Shown piece after piece: positions 37,503-51,233 of a stretch of DNA of 64,000 nucleotides; the stretch's first letter is position 1; every line of letters begins with the position of its first letter. Location: NCBI RefSeq assembly GCF_006345805.1, contig NC_042998.1, positions 30,628,001 to 30,692,000 on the forward strand. Reading direction: 5' to 3'. Under the pieces are notes generated by a model, which was given only the letters and a program-made list of their open reading frames with translations, was not told the DNA's origin and did not search any database. The stretch is from Octopus sinensis (Eukaryota). The translations under genes and the position numbers were made by a program.

Positions 37503-37900
37503 TCCTTTCTACTATAAGCACAAGGCCTGAAATTTTAGGGGAGGGGGATAGTCGATTATATCGACCCCAGTGTTTCACCAGTAGTTAATTTATCGACCCC
37601 GAAAGGATGAAAGGCAAAGTCGACCTCGATGGCATTTGAACTCAGAACGTGAAGGCAGAAGAAATTCCTATTTCTTTACTGCCCACAAGGGGCTAAACAC
37701 AGAGGGGACAAACAAGAACAGACAAACGGATTAAGTCCATTATGTCGACCCCAGTGCGTAACTGGTACTTACTTAATCGACCCCGAAAGGATGAAAGGCA
37801 AAGTCGACCTCGGCGGAATTTGAACTCAGAACGTAGCGGCAGACGAAATACCGCAAAGCATTTCGACCGGCGTGCTAACGATTCTTCCAGTTCGCCGCTT
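37503..37900 (-). mobile_element. SINE family B dimer (young plus old unit)
   Basis: Junction at 37668/37669. A further diverged copy lies at ~37290-37490. Confidence 0.83.
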
Positions 37901-39120
37901 CAAGTAACCTACGCATATTGCCTGGTGACAAAACGTTTCCCACCAAATGGGCGGACGCCAAAATAGGTTTGGTACCAACTCGACCGTGACACAACGACAG
38001 AGGCCAAATCATTTAACACAGATTTGGGATACATTTTAGTAAAACAAAATGTCAAGTAAACTAGAAGCTAAAACGTGAATAGGAAAACAGGACATGTTAA
38101 TGATTAATTGTATATTACGACTTAAATCAAGGACAACCAAATTTGTTGGAATATTTACTTCTTAGTTGTTGTGTGGCAAGCGGGATGTCTAGTCTTAGAT
38201 ATTTTCATGTCATTTAAGACGGAAATAAAAAAACATCATAGTGACTATTGAGTTCCCTGACAACCTGTCTGATTTGGAGATCGAATAAAAGTCTTAACAG
38301 TTAATATTTGAAAGTCTGTATAATATATATAATCTATTCTAGATCTGTTTTGTTCACTGACACTTCAAGTTATATTGGAAGCGGTGTTTTCTGTTATGGT
38401 TTTACGTGTACAAATGTCACCGAATAAAAATAGAGATCTTCGTATCTTCGATTAAACTGTCTTTTCTGATGCTGTCCTTAAGTTTTTACAAGTCGAATAT
38501 CATTTATATTAGTTATAAAATTTCATTGGTCTTAAGATTATATGCAGAAATGAACACTTTGAAAACAAAGGTAGCAATGTTAGAAAATAAAATTTCTTCC
38601 ATAATACAGAACATGAAAAGAGAATGAAAACCATTATTGCTTCAAATGGAAAAATAATATTTCTTTGTAGAGAAGTCAATGTCTGGGCTTTCATCTAACT
38701 TACCCAGAAACTTTGTTCGTATCATTTAAATAGGTAAACGGAATGTTTCGAAACTGGATTTATGAAGAGTAACAGTTTCAAAGGAAAAAAAACTTGAGAA
38801 AGTTTTATGAAGAAGCTGAAGTAGAAGACACGTTTGGTGCGCAAAATACTAAGAGGTATAATGTTACGTCGATTAGTAATAAGCATGTTCTCTATTAAAA
38901 TGTCAGTAGCCTTGATTCGGGGTTACGGCGAATATGCCACATGGTCAGTCAACTAGTCGGGGATGTTATTAATGTGTTGGTAGATTGGTAGTAGATGTAT
39001 TAGTTCATTTGTATTATTGATATTCTATTTAAGGCTATTTCGTCTGCCGTTACGTTCTGAGTTCAATTACTTGGAATTAAAATGTAGTGCGTGTACAAAC
39101 ACACATATATTTATACATTA

Positions 39121-39267
39121 TGTGGCTGTGTGGTAAGAAGCTTGCTTCCCAACCACATCGTTTCGGGTTCAGTCCTACTGCGTGGCAACTTGGGCAAGTG
39201 TCCTCTACTATAGCCTAGGGCTGATCAAAGCCTTGCGAGTAGATTCGGTAGCTGAAAGAAGCTCGTC

Positions 39268-39331
<64 letters not shown>

Positions 39332-39558
39332 GTAGGTAGGTATGTGTGTTATGTGTGTCTGTGTTTGACCCCACCATTGCTTGACAACCGATGTTGGTGT
39401 GTCTACGTCCCCGTAATCTAGCGGCTCGGCAAAAGAGAACCGATAGAATAAGTACCAAGCTTGCAAAGAATAAGTCTTGGGGGCGATTTTTTCGACTAAA
39501 GGCGCTGCTCCAAGATGGCCGCACTCAAATGACTGAAACAAGTAAAATAATAAAAGAA
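39121..39558 (+). mobile_element. SINE family A
   Basis: Full layout with internal (TA)n(TG)n. Confidence 0.85.
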
Positions 39559-40496
39559 CATATATTTCAAATACATACATATATACATACATACATTTAA
39601 TGGCCGTTAACAATTGGTTGGTTGGTTGGTTGGTTGGTTGGTATGTTAGTTTGGTTGATCGATTAATCTCTCCAGTCACGCTTTACAACATATAGAGGGA
39701 GTGAGAGAGAGAGAGAGAGAGTATGTGTGAGAGGGCTAAACAAGGAAATCAGTAAATATTATCACCAGTAAGCAATTTATAGTTTTCCCAAAGATTGCTT
39801 TTTTTTTTCCTTTTTTCAATTCAAACAACTTTCTCTTATATTAACAATAAAAAAAATTTTCTAAGCAACTTGTAGAGCATACGTAAGCGACCACACCAGA
39901 CTTACAATACTTTGAACTACACTGAATGAAACACACGCCACTAAAGCATATGCGTACAATCTTTTTCGGTTAACTGTTTCAGGAAACTAAAAACAAGATG
40001 TTGGGGGAGAATCTAGGCGAAGAAAACAGTGTAGATTGGCACGGAAAAGGAAAATAAAACAAAGAGAATGGCGAATTTGATAAAAGTTAAGTCACAACTA
40101 TTGTATGTATATATATATATATATATAGTGTAATAAATAAAATATATGCATACATACATATATGTACGTACCTACATCTACATGTATATATACATGCATA
40201 TATAAATATATATACGTGAGTACAGGACACCACAAATAGACGTAGAACTCAACGAGAAACGAAAACGTAAAAACAAACGTGGAAACGGACCTAAACGAAA
40301 AAAACAGAGTACAAGACAAACTACACAAGTTCAACTCCAGCGTGTTTCGAAGGTTGGACAGAACACGACTCGTGGAACTAGTCCTTCTTTCGAAGGAATT
40401 AAATAAAATTACTTCGCAGAGAGGTAAAAACAAGGAAAGTTAAACATGTGACAAAAAAGCGATACAAATAAAATTACAAAATAAAATACAAAATAA

Positions 40497-40539
<43 letters not shown>

Positions 40540-40543
<4 letters not shown>

Positions 40544-40745
40544 TAATCCAAACATGAAAACACAAAGAGAAAACACAACAACGCGAGGACGTGGAACAAA
40601 TATAGTATTATTGGACGCTCAGGAAGGAAGGGAAGACGGAGGGTTTAACGTTTCGAGCGGAGCTCTTCGTCAGAAACATAGAAAAAAGAAAGATCCAGAG
40701 AAGGGAAGACGGAGGAAAAAAATCGCCAACGGTACACACGCAGTT
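40540..40745 (-). mobile_element. Family E copy
   Basis: Same body as 181-365, abutting (TA)n at 40500-40538. Confidence 0.72.
40643..40677 (-). ncRNA. Minimal hammerhead ribozyme, canonical core
   Basis: Minus strand reads gttt CTGACGA a gagc-tcc-gctc GAAA cgt T aaac. Confidence 0.8.
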
Positions 40746-41225
40746 ACATTTTGAATGGCTGGAAGGGAATGGGTGAAGAAAAGTTCTTTCAAAGACAGGA
40801 GAATGCAAGAGGAGGTATGTGTGTGTAAGTGTGGATATGTGCGCGCGCGCAGGTCTGCGTGTGCGTGTGTGTGTATATGTGTATGTGTGCAATGATAACA
40901 TGTGTGTGTGTGTGTGTAGTTGTGGCTGTTAATCTATGTGTGTGGTAGGGCTTAGTATTGTTTAAGGTCAAGGAAGAAGGAATTAGGAGTGGCTCTTGTG
41001 TCTACCCATGTGGAAAAAGGTCAGTGAGCGGTACTGCTAGTTTGAAGTATGTGTGTGTGTGTGTATTGTATGTATATGTATTGTGTGTGTGTTTTGTTTG
41101 TAGTGTATGTGTGTGTGTCTGTGTGTATTCGTGTGTGTATGCGTATATATATGTATATATATATATAATATAATATATATATATATATATATATAATATA
41201 TATATATTATATATATATGTATATA

Positions 41226-41296
<71 letters not shown>

Positions 41297-41301
<5 letters not shown>

Positions 41302-41615
41302 ATCCAAACAAGAAAACACAGAAAAAAACACAGCAACGCGAGGACGTGGAACAATTAAAGTATTATTTGACGCTCAGGAAAGAAGGGAAGGAGGGTTTAA
41401 CGTTTCGAGCGGAGCTCTTCGTCGGAAACAAAAGAGAAGGAAAGATCCCGAGAAGGGAAGACAGAGGAAAAAAATATATTTGCTGGTGGTGCTCAATATA
41501 TATAAAGTTAATCCAAACAAGAAAACACAAAAAAAAACAAAAAACACAACAACGCGAGGACGTGGAACAAATAAAGTATTATTGGACGCTCAGGAAAGAA
41601 GGGAAGAAGGAGGTT
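41297..41615 (-). mobile_element. Two adjacent family E copies (second truncated)
   Basis: gttaatccaaacaag starts at ~41298 and ~41508. HHR-like motif at 41395-41429 with core CCGACGA. Confidence 0.7.
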
Positions 41616-41954
41616 TTATATATATATATAAGTTGTACAGTCTATAGTCGTAAGACACCCGCTGTTTTTGTCCTGTTATTATAATTATTGTTTTTTGTAT
41701 TTATATTCGTGTGGCATCGTCCGTTTTTCTGTCCTTGTTTCGTATACATTCGATCCTTTTTCCAAGAAATCTAATGCTCGTAGCTTAGTTTTTCCTTGGG
41801 GCTGGCCGGATCGGAGCGATCTCAAGATTAATCAGCCGAAATTGCGAGGATGACCCGGTTCTTGACTGAAGATTGAAGGCTTCGAATGTCGTATCCGTGT
41901 TTTTTGTATCGTCTTCTAAATGTTTTACGTTCTTGTCCCAGTTTGTATTTTTCG

Positions 41955-42071
<117 letters not shown>

Positions 42072-42157
42072 CCTAATTTAGACCATGAGGACAATCGTAT
42101 ACTCACTAGGTTATCTGCCATATAACGCGGAATAATTCTAATATTATTGTTTGAGTA

Positions 42158-42199
<42 letters not shown>

Positions 42200-42603
42200 A
42201 GTATATATATATCTGTGGATATATTCTTGGATTTCGTTTACCGGATTCTTTATGTAAGTTCGTGTGTTAATGCATATTTTTTTGTGTCTAGGGGAGAGTC
42301 ATTCTCTTTTAGTGCGTTAATATTTAACACATTCACTGGTAGAGTTTCCACTCATCTACTTATTTATTTTTTCTAAAATTTTCGTTGCGTCTTGCAATCT
42401 GTTCAATAGACAACGACTGGAAACTTTACCGGTGACTGTGTTATATAATAAGGCACTAAAAGAGAATGACTCTCCCCAGACACGACAACATATATATATA
42501 TATATATATAATATATATATATATATATTATATATATAATATATATAATATATATATATATTATATATATATATTATATATATATATATATAGCATTAAT
42601 TAA

Positions 42604-42960
42604 CGAGTGGGTGTGTGGTAAGTAGATTGCTTACCAACCACATGGTTCCGGGTTCAGCCCCACTGCGTGGCACCCTGGGCAAGTGTCTTCTACTATAGCC
42701 TCGAGCCGACCAACGCCTTGTGAGTGGATTTAGTAGACGGAAACTGAAAGTAGCCCGTCGTATATATATATGCGCGTCTGTGTTTGTCCTCCCACCATCG
42801 CTTGCCAACCGATGTTGGTGTGTATACGTCCCCGTAACTTAGCATTTCGGTAATAGAGACCGATAGAAAACGTACTATGCTTACAAAGAATATGTTCTGG
42901 GGTCGATTTGTTCGACTAAAGCGGTGCTCCACCATAGCTGCAGTCAAATGAATGAAACAA
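42604..42960 (+). mobile_element. SINE family A
   Basis: Full layout, followed by (ACAG)n(ATAG)n. Confidence 0.85.
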
Positions 42961-42994
42961 ACAAACAAACAGACAGACAGATAGACAGACAGAC

Positions 42995-43027
<33 letters not shown>

Positions 43028-43036
<9 letters not shown>

Positions 43037-43322
43037 AGCAAAGTCGACCTCGGTGGAATTTGAACTCAGAACGCAAAGACAGACGAAATACCTACTCCTT
43101 TACCACCCACAAGGGGCTAAACACAGAGAAGACAAGCAAGGACAAACAAACAGATTAAGTTGATTATATCGAGCCCAGTACGTAACTGGTACTTATTTAA
43201 TCGACCCCGAAAGGATGAAAGGCAAAGTCGACCGCGTCGGAATTTGAACTCAGAACGTAGCGGCAGACGAAATACTGCTAAGCATTTCGCCCGGCGTGCT
43301 AACGTTTCTGCCAGCTCGCCGC
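43028..43322 (-). mobile_element. SINE family B, unit plus truncated second unit
   Basis: Junction at 43092/43093. Confidence 0.83.
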
Positions 43323-46300
43323 CAGTCACGGTGTTGGACAGTGAGATAGTCATTGATAGTTACGATCCTGGTCCATTTTATATATTTATAAATAAATATT
43401 ATGGATATTTCTTTTTTAATTGTGATCTGTTAGTCGATCTATGTTGAAATTCTCTCTTCAGCTTAAGCTATGACAATAATTTTTCACCCAATTTACTTAT
43501 TTAAACACTAAAATTTACTTATCTCAACACCAAAACCATTGGCATTTTCCAGAACATTCGCACATGACTCTTTTATTGCTGCTACTACATTATGGATGTC
43601 TATATTGTAAGAGAAGCGACACCATATAAAGAATGAAACTGAAATTGTAATCTAAAGCAACACAAATAATACTTTTGTTTCCTTTGAAAAGGAATAAAGA
43701 TCCGAAAGCAGACTGACAGACAGGCAGACAGACAGATTGTTAAACAAAGAAAGAGAGACTTTAGACAGAAAACATCGCCTACTTTCCTTTATCTGCTACA
43801 TTTGTATACGTATTATTGCAATATTGTGGTTAATAAAAAATAAAATTATGTCAAAAGAATCTAAATCAATAAATATAGTATATGTTCGATCAATAGTCAT
43901 TACAGACAATTCAAATTCTGCTTATTTAAATAACATCAATTATAGGTCTTGCTTATTCGTGTTCTGTTCTGTTTTAGTTGTTTCATTTTATCTCGTATTC
44001 GTTCTAAATTTATTTTTAAATCACCAAACGCTGAAACTTCGTATAGTTAAGAAATTAAAATAAAATAGAATAGAATAGAATATCTGACCTATTCAGTATG
44101 ATTCGTGAACGGAGACTCACGCACTTATAATTTGTATATAGAGGGAGAAATTATGCATCAAGAACTTGTTTAAAGTAAGATTATGAAGCAAAGATGACAA
44201 ATGTAGTGGCGAATTCGGCCGGAAAAGAAATAATCAATAGATAAAAGTATGCTATTTGCGAATTATTATTCCGCTCCTCCATTGCTTTTTTTTTTGTCTC
44301 TTCTGGAAGACCAAAACAAGCAGTAACAACAAATGTGTAACTTAACGTTGTTCTAAAAATAGCGTGAAAGTTAATTACGATTGTAGGTCCGTCCACAACG
44401 ACATAATGAATAAATTAATATAAAAATATGAGTTATATTTTCTTGAGTTTTATTTTTTTTTCTTTTAATTCAGTATATCATTGACGTTAAAACGAAAAGA
44501 GGTGGAGCTGGTTCTCTGTTTCAAGACGCCTCGATGTCGTTATCAATGGGAATAATTATTAGGACATATTTCTAATCTTCTTTCTGTTTTGTTTTTTTTG
44601 TAGTAGTGACGCGTCGTGGATGTCTGTTGCTTTCAATTCTCTTGTGCTGTAGGTTCTGGTGAATAGTCTCTCCCTGGTTTATTCTGCTTCGCTTTATTAT
44701 TGAGTTCTTCCAAATCAGTAAAAATATATAAACAGCCACCGACTTCGGTGAGTTCATTAAGAATAGTCTTTGAACTTTTTGTACGTGGGTCACTGCTGTA
44801 TGTCTTTAACTGTGCTGCTTTAAACTAATATGTATTGAGATGTTATCACAAAATCTATAGTTCATTGCGGATGTGACCGAAAAAACATGAGACTTCACCA
44901 TGTTAATACTCAACGGCTTGCAGCAACATTTTATGTCGAATTGGCATATTTTACAATTAGAAAGTCACCAGCTTTTCCGTATCTTCCTAATCATTTCAAA
45001 CATAGCAAAACCTTCTTCAATTACATTTGTACCCACCAAAAGGTATATTAATGCTTATCTTTAAGGTTCAACATGAATAGCACCGTTTCTAGCATTTTCC
45101 ATCCTCCCATACTGATTTATTGAGGACAAAATCCAAACAAATCCAAAATATGTATTGCATCTGTACAGAAATTTACACGTCACGTAATCTGTATTGCATA
45201 ACAAAATATAAACCAGAATTTTATAAAATGTGTTCATACATGAACAAATATTGATATTTCTATTATACACTTCCGCTACCAGTTTAGTTTAAATAAAATA
45301 ATAATAGTTTATATCAAAATATAGATAATTGATTTGGTGAACGAGATTTGTAATTATCGGGGAAAATAAAGTCAAAGTTAATAGCCGAGAATCTTTCTTC
45401 ACCTCTACGTCTACGACCATTAGCAGACCAGTAATGAAAATTCTATCTCACTGTAGGCATACAACGTATTGGTTCCATTCAAAAAAATAAATCCCCGCCT
45501 TCAATTTAATAGTATTGACTTGTATCAGCTACACAGTTAAATAGTGAAAGCTTGGAGCAGATATAATTTTAAAAAATTACACAGAGTAACTGAAGAAACA
45601 AAGAAATAGATAAAAAGGCGGATATTGATTTCTGACACTGTTGCCAGACTTCACCTTCATAAACGGACACATTTGGAATTGTGTGACGCTTGTCAGTTTC
45701 TAAAGAGTTTAGTGACGTAAGTGATATAAAATAGCTGAAACTAGCAATAAAACGGAACGTGAATTCGATTCTCAATTGCTGAGCAGCATACTGATTCCTA
45801 ACTTCAGTAATTTTAGAGTATTAGATTTCTGATGTCTGGCTTTATTGAACGTAAATGTATAACTTACAGAACTTACGTAACTTAGATATGTTTCGGCCAA
45901 AATTGGCCTAGTTCATATCTAACTTAATACCACCACCTGATAGGGTCTGTTAAGTCATTTTTAAGACAAGTTTTGTGTTATCATGGCTCATTCAAGCTGG
46001 AAGTTTTTGTTGACTGAAATGTATCTAGGTATTGGTGGTTTCTATAGTAAGTTTGTCCAGGTTTCGTCTGAAGGTGATGTGATCTTTTCCTTCTTTGATT
46101 TATTTGGGGATGATGTTAAATAGGGGAAGCCTGTTGAGGAAAAGAAAGTGTGTTTTGAATTTGTGTTGTGAGCCTGAATTATGTACGGGGACTTTGGCAT
46201 GTGGCCCTCAGCCTTGCATGAATTCTGAATCTGATGTGAAGGCCGCTTGGGCAATGCTGGTGGTATATATGTTCTCAATATTGTGCAAATCATGTAGCGC

Positions 46301-46846
46301 TCACGGCGGAGCTGGAGAGAAAAAATTCAATGTTTTAAGGTGGTTCCTTTAATCAAGATCACTCGTGTATATCAATGAAAATCAAAACAGGACCGTTTAT
46401 GAGGCTTGGTGAGAACTAATATCAACAGCATTTGTTAATTATTGGTTTTTTCGCAAAATAAAAACAAGGCTTCAAATTTTCATATATAATGTTATACATC
46501 GAAAAGTCAGTTCTTTTAATCAAAATTAATTAAGTATATATTGACAAACAAGCATATGCATATGTTTGACATTTAGTGTGTGAATATAATCAAACAATAT
46601 TAAGACACAAGTATTTTGCGGAACATGCTTGTGTTTATCTTTATTGATAACAAGTTAGTGTATATATATAGAACTGGTTGTATGCCATTTCATTTACAAA
46701 TATAAATCGGGTGGCGATCACATCCCTCAACTGATGTACTGTTCATAATTAAACGGTCAAAGCAATGCAAATGCTTAGCTTTTGCAGGCGGTCCTGCAAG
46801 AAATCATAATCCTTTGCTATTGATATATTCAATATTAACATACTAT

Positions 46847-47420
46847 TAAGGCGGTGAGCTTGCACGCCAGGCGAAATGGTTAGCGGTATTTCGTCTGCCG
46901 CTACGTTCTGGGTTCAATTTCCGCCGAGGTCGACTTTGCCTTTCATCCTTTCGGGGTCGATAAATTAAGTACCAGTTACGCACTGGGGTCGATATACTCG
47001 ACTTAATCCGTCTGTCTGTCCTTGTTTGTCCCCTCTATGTTTAGCCCCTTGTGGGTAATAAGAAATAGAAATAGGTATTTCGTCTGCCGCTACGTTCTGG
47101 GTTCAATTTCCGCCGAGGTCGACTTTGCCTTTCATCCTTTCGGGGTCGATAAATTAAGTACCAGTTACGCACTGGGGTCGATATACTCGACTTAATCCGT
47201 CTGTCTGTCCTTGTTTGTCCCCTCTATGTTTAGCCCTTGTGGGTAGTAAAGAAATAGGTATTTCGTCTGCCGCTACGTACTGAGCTCAAATTCCGCCGAG
47301 GTCGACTTTGCATTTCCTCTTTTCAGAGTCGATTAAATAAGTACCAGCTGCGTACTGCAGTTGATCTAATCGACTAGCCCCTGCCCCAAAACTTTCGGGC
47401 CTTGTGCCTAGAGTAGAAAA
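46847..47420 (+). mobile_element. SINE family B trimer
   Basis: Units start at 46885, 47074 and 47257. Further diverged monomers extend to ~48010. Confidence 0.88.
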
Positions 47421-48954
47421 GAATATTTCCACACTACTAAGGCGGCGAGCTGGTAGAAACGTTAGCACGCCGGGCGAAATGCTTAGGGATATGTCGTCTG
47501 TCTTGACGTTCTGAGTTCAAATTCCAACGAGGTCAACTTTACCTTCTATCCTTTCGAGGTCGATAAACTAAATACCAGTTGCGTACTGGTGTCGATGTAA
47601 TCGACCAGCCCCTTCCCCTATATTTCAGGCCTTGTGCTTATTGTAGAAAACATCCCTACAAAGGCAGTGAGCTGGTAAAATCGTTAGCACGCCGTACAAA
47701 ATGTTTAGCAGTATTTCGTCCGTCTTCACGTACAGAGTTCAAATTCCGCCGAGATCGACTTTACCTTTCATTCTTTCGAGGTCGATGATATAATTACCAG
47801 TTGAACACTGGGATTGATGTAAACGACTATCCTTCTCCGAATTGTTTGGATTTGTTCGAAAATATGAAACCATTATCATTATTATTACTAAAGCGGTGTG
47901 CTGGAAAAACCGTTACCATATCGGACAAAATACTTAATGGTATTTCTTCCGGTTTTTTTTACGTTCTGAGTTCAAATTCCGCCGAGGTCGACTTTGGCTT
48001 TCATCCTTCCGGCGGCGGTGGTGGTGGTGGTGGTGATGTTTGTGGCAGAGTTGTCTGTAGTAGTAGTAGTAGTAGTAGTGGTTGACTGTGAAGCTGTCGT
48101 CTGGGTTCTTCCAATTTTTTTGTATGTTGTCGGCGGCGGTGTCGGCGTCCATGCTCACACATGCACCTGTGTTGCTTCTCCCCCTTCTTTCCCTCCTTCA
48201 TGAAGCTGTGGGGAAGGCAGGGTAGGGAAATCAACGTCGTAAGCGTTGTCAAGGAGACCAGCGTTCCCTTCGACAACGACTTCATGTCTTGAAGTCGCCA
48301 TCGTCAAAAACAGAAATGGCTAAGAATGCCGAATGCAAATTTACAAAATCGGGAAACACGCCACACAGGGCAGGTTTCCCGTGCAAAGAATTTGCACAAC
48401 CGAATGTATTAGTTGTTGCAAATAAAAAAATATAATATTCTTTTATTCTTTTACTATGTTCTTCGATGCAGCTGTGTTCATGCTGTAGTCATATATATAT
48501 AAGCCATCCCCACTTTTTTTTATATGCATGAATATATGTATGTGTGTGTTTGTTGTTTCTTTGCGTGTGTATATATGTGCGGACCCATGGTTTTGTGTGG
48601 GGGCGTATGTATGGTTGTGTATATGTGTGTACGTCTCTCTATATATGTGTTTATGTATGGGTGTGTGTGTATATATATGTGTGTCTGTGTATGTGTGTGT
48701 ATGTGTGTGTGTTAGTGTTTGTATGTGTGTATGTTTGTAGTTAAGCACTCCCTATATAAACAGTGAATAATAGACTCTAAAATATCAGGTTGTAAACCGC
48801 TTCTAAGCCAGAAACTCCAATCACAGTCACCTTCTGCAAAGAACCTAATAACTTATTAAAAAAATACACTAATTGTGAAAATGGATAAGTTAGCAGAAAA
48901 AGCGATTTCTATTAATTTTTTTCATATATATATTATATTTTCTTTTCCTTTCCT

Positions 48955-49006
<52 letters not shown>

Positions 49007-49148
49007 TGCCTTATTATCTTTTCCTTTCCTATCATTTCTCCACGTGCAGCTAACACAACCCCACCATTTACTGACGTGTATATATAGATATACACATTTA
49101 TATATGTATATATATATACATACATACATACATACATACATACATACA

Positions 49149-49184
<36 letters not shown>

Positions 49185-49233
49185 TATATATATGCATACA
49201 TATATATGTATATACACATACATACATATATAT

Positions 49234-49277
<44 letters not shown>

Positions 49278-49384
49278 TATATATATTATATATTGTATAA
49301 ATGTACGTATATACACATACAATTGCACATATCATTCTTGGGTGGGCGAGCTCAATATTTAATATTTATACATATATATATATA

Positions 49385-49565
49385 TAGAGAGAGAGAAGGA
49401 GACAGAGAGAGAGAGAGAAACAAAGAGACAGAGAGGGAAAGAGGGAGAGAGAGAGAAGGAGACAGAGAGAGAGAGAAACAAAGAGACAGAGAGGGAAAGA
49501 GGGAGAGAGAGAGAAGGAGACAGAGAGAGAGAGAGAGAGAGAAACAAAGAGACAGAGAGAGAAAG
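49385..49565. repeat. GA-rich repeat with higher-order units
   Basis: Repeating gaaggagacagagagagagagaaacaaagagacagagag blocks. Confidence 0.85.
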
Positions 49566-49703
49566 ATCGTGACGGGAAGCGAAGCCAAAGTTAATAAACT
49601 GGAAAAGAAATGAAAATACAAAATATAGATAAATCACAAACACTAAAAAGATTATTGTCTTGCGGGCGAATAGGACGACAAACAAAAACCCTCGCCCTGC
49701 TCC

Positions 49704-49762
<59 letters not shown>

Positions 49763-50217
49763 CCTCTCTTTCTCTCAGATGCACCATTGTTTTCAATCAA
49801 ATTCTCTACAGTTATGACTAACAGTATTTAATTATATTTCTCTATCTGGCTGGACCTCGAGCAGAATTGTCTTATAGTTAGACAAATATTGTGAAACGGT
49901 ATATAAACCCGCCTCACATATCAACCATCTTCAGCATCACCTTTAGCGTTATCATCGTCATCGTCATCGATATAATTATTATTGGCTATGCTGTTGTTGA
50001 TGATAATGATGCTATGCTTACAGTGCTGTGTGTTGTTAAATTTGAGGTGGTAGATTTGCAGATTGGAAGAGAGTCTCGGGATCTTCAGTTCAAATCTCAC
50101 TAAGATCGATCTTGCCTCTCATCATGATCGAAGAAATATAATACCAGCCAAATACTGGAGTTCGATCTGATCGATTAACCATCTCCATCCAAACTTACTG
50201 TCTTGTGTTTAAATTGG

Positions 50218-50441
50218 ATATTACTCTTTTACTTGTTTCAGTCGTTTGACTGTGGCCATGCTGGAGCACCGCCTTTAGTCGAGCAAATCAATCCCAGGAC
50301 TTATTCTTTTGTAAGCCGAGTACATATTCTATCGGTCTCTTTCACCGAAGTGCTAAGTTACGGGGACGTAAACACACCAGCATCGGTTGTTAAGCAATGT
50401 TCGGGGAGACAAACACAGACACACAAACATATACACACGTA

Positions 50442-50472
<31 letters not shown>

Positions 50473-50500
50473 ATATACCCCACAACCCCACCATTTATTG

Positions 50501-50531
<31 letters not shown>

Positions 50532-50558
50532 CCCCACAACCCCACCATTTATTGATTT

Positions 50559-50628
<70 letters not shown>

Positions 50629-50642
50629 ATATATATACATAC

Positions 50643-50703
<61 letters not shown>

Positions 50704-50737
50704 CATACATATATATTATATATATACATATATATAC

Positions 50738-50771
<34 letters not shown>

Positions 50772-50975
50772 CATATATATATATACATATATATATTATA
50801 CATATATATATACATATATACGACGGGCTTCTTTCAGTTTCCGTCTACCAAATCCACTCACAAGGCTTTGGTCGGCCCGAGGCTATAGTAGAAGACACTT
50901 GCCCAAAGTGCCACGCAGTGGGACTGAACTCGGAACCATGTAATTCGTAAGTAAGCTTCATACCACGCAACCACT
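50218..50975 (-). mobile_element. SINE family A with ~400-bp expanded internal TA-rich tract
   Basis: Both halves are intact around the 50430-50820 microsatellite. Confidence 0.85.
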
Positions 50976-51233
50976 CCTTACTTATCATTACTGTGGTTGT
51001 TCTTTAATTTAGAGCAGTTGATAGACAGATTCGGTAAAGTCGTGAACACTTTGCATTCGTATGTATGTAGATATATCACTTTACGTTATAACTTCAAATC
51101 AAGCCAAAACCGGTTTAGTTTCCACACTTCTTTAATCGATAAAATATGGTACAAGTATTATAACTCCATTTGCCCAAATTTACAAAGAAAAATCAAGACT
51201 TTAAGTTAAATGTTAAAGTAAATATATGTCCAC

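Noticed and set aside
37742-37966. Recurrent short ORFs containing RPRKDERQSRPRRNLNSER or [19 protein letters not shown]
   Set aside because: They are frames through SINE families A and B, repeated only because the SINEs repeat.
41820-41900. GAAA and CTGAAGA motifs suggesting a type II hammerhead
   Set aside because: Stems I-III cannot be formed with correct spacing.
44181-44396. Hydrophobic 71-aa ORF resembling transmembrane segments
   Set aside because: AT-rich DNA gives F/I/L-rich frames by chance, and there is no recognisable motif or splice support.
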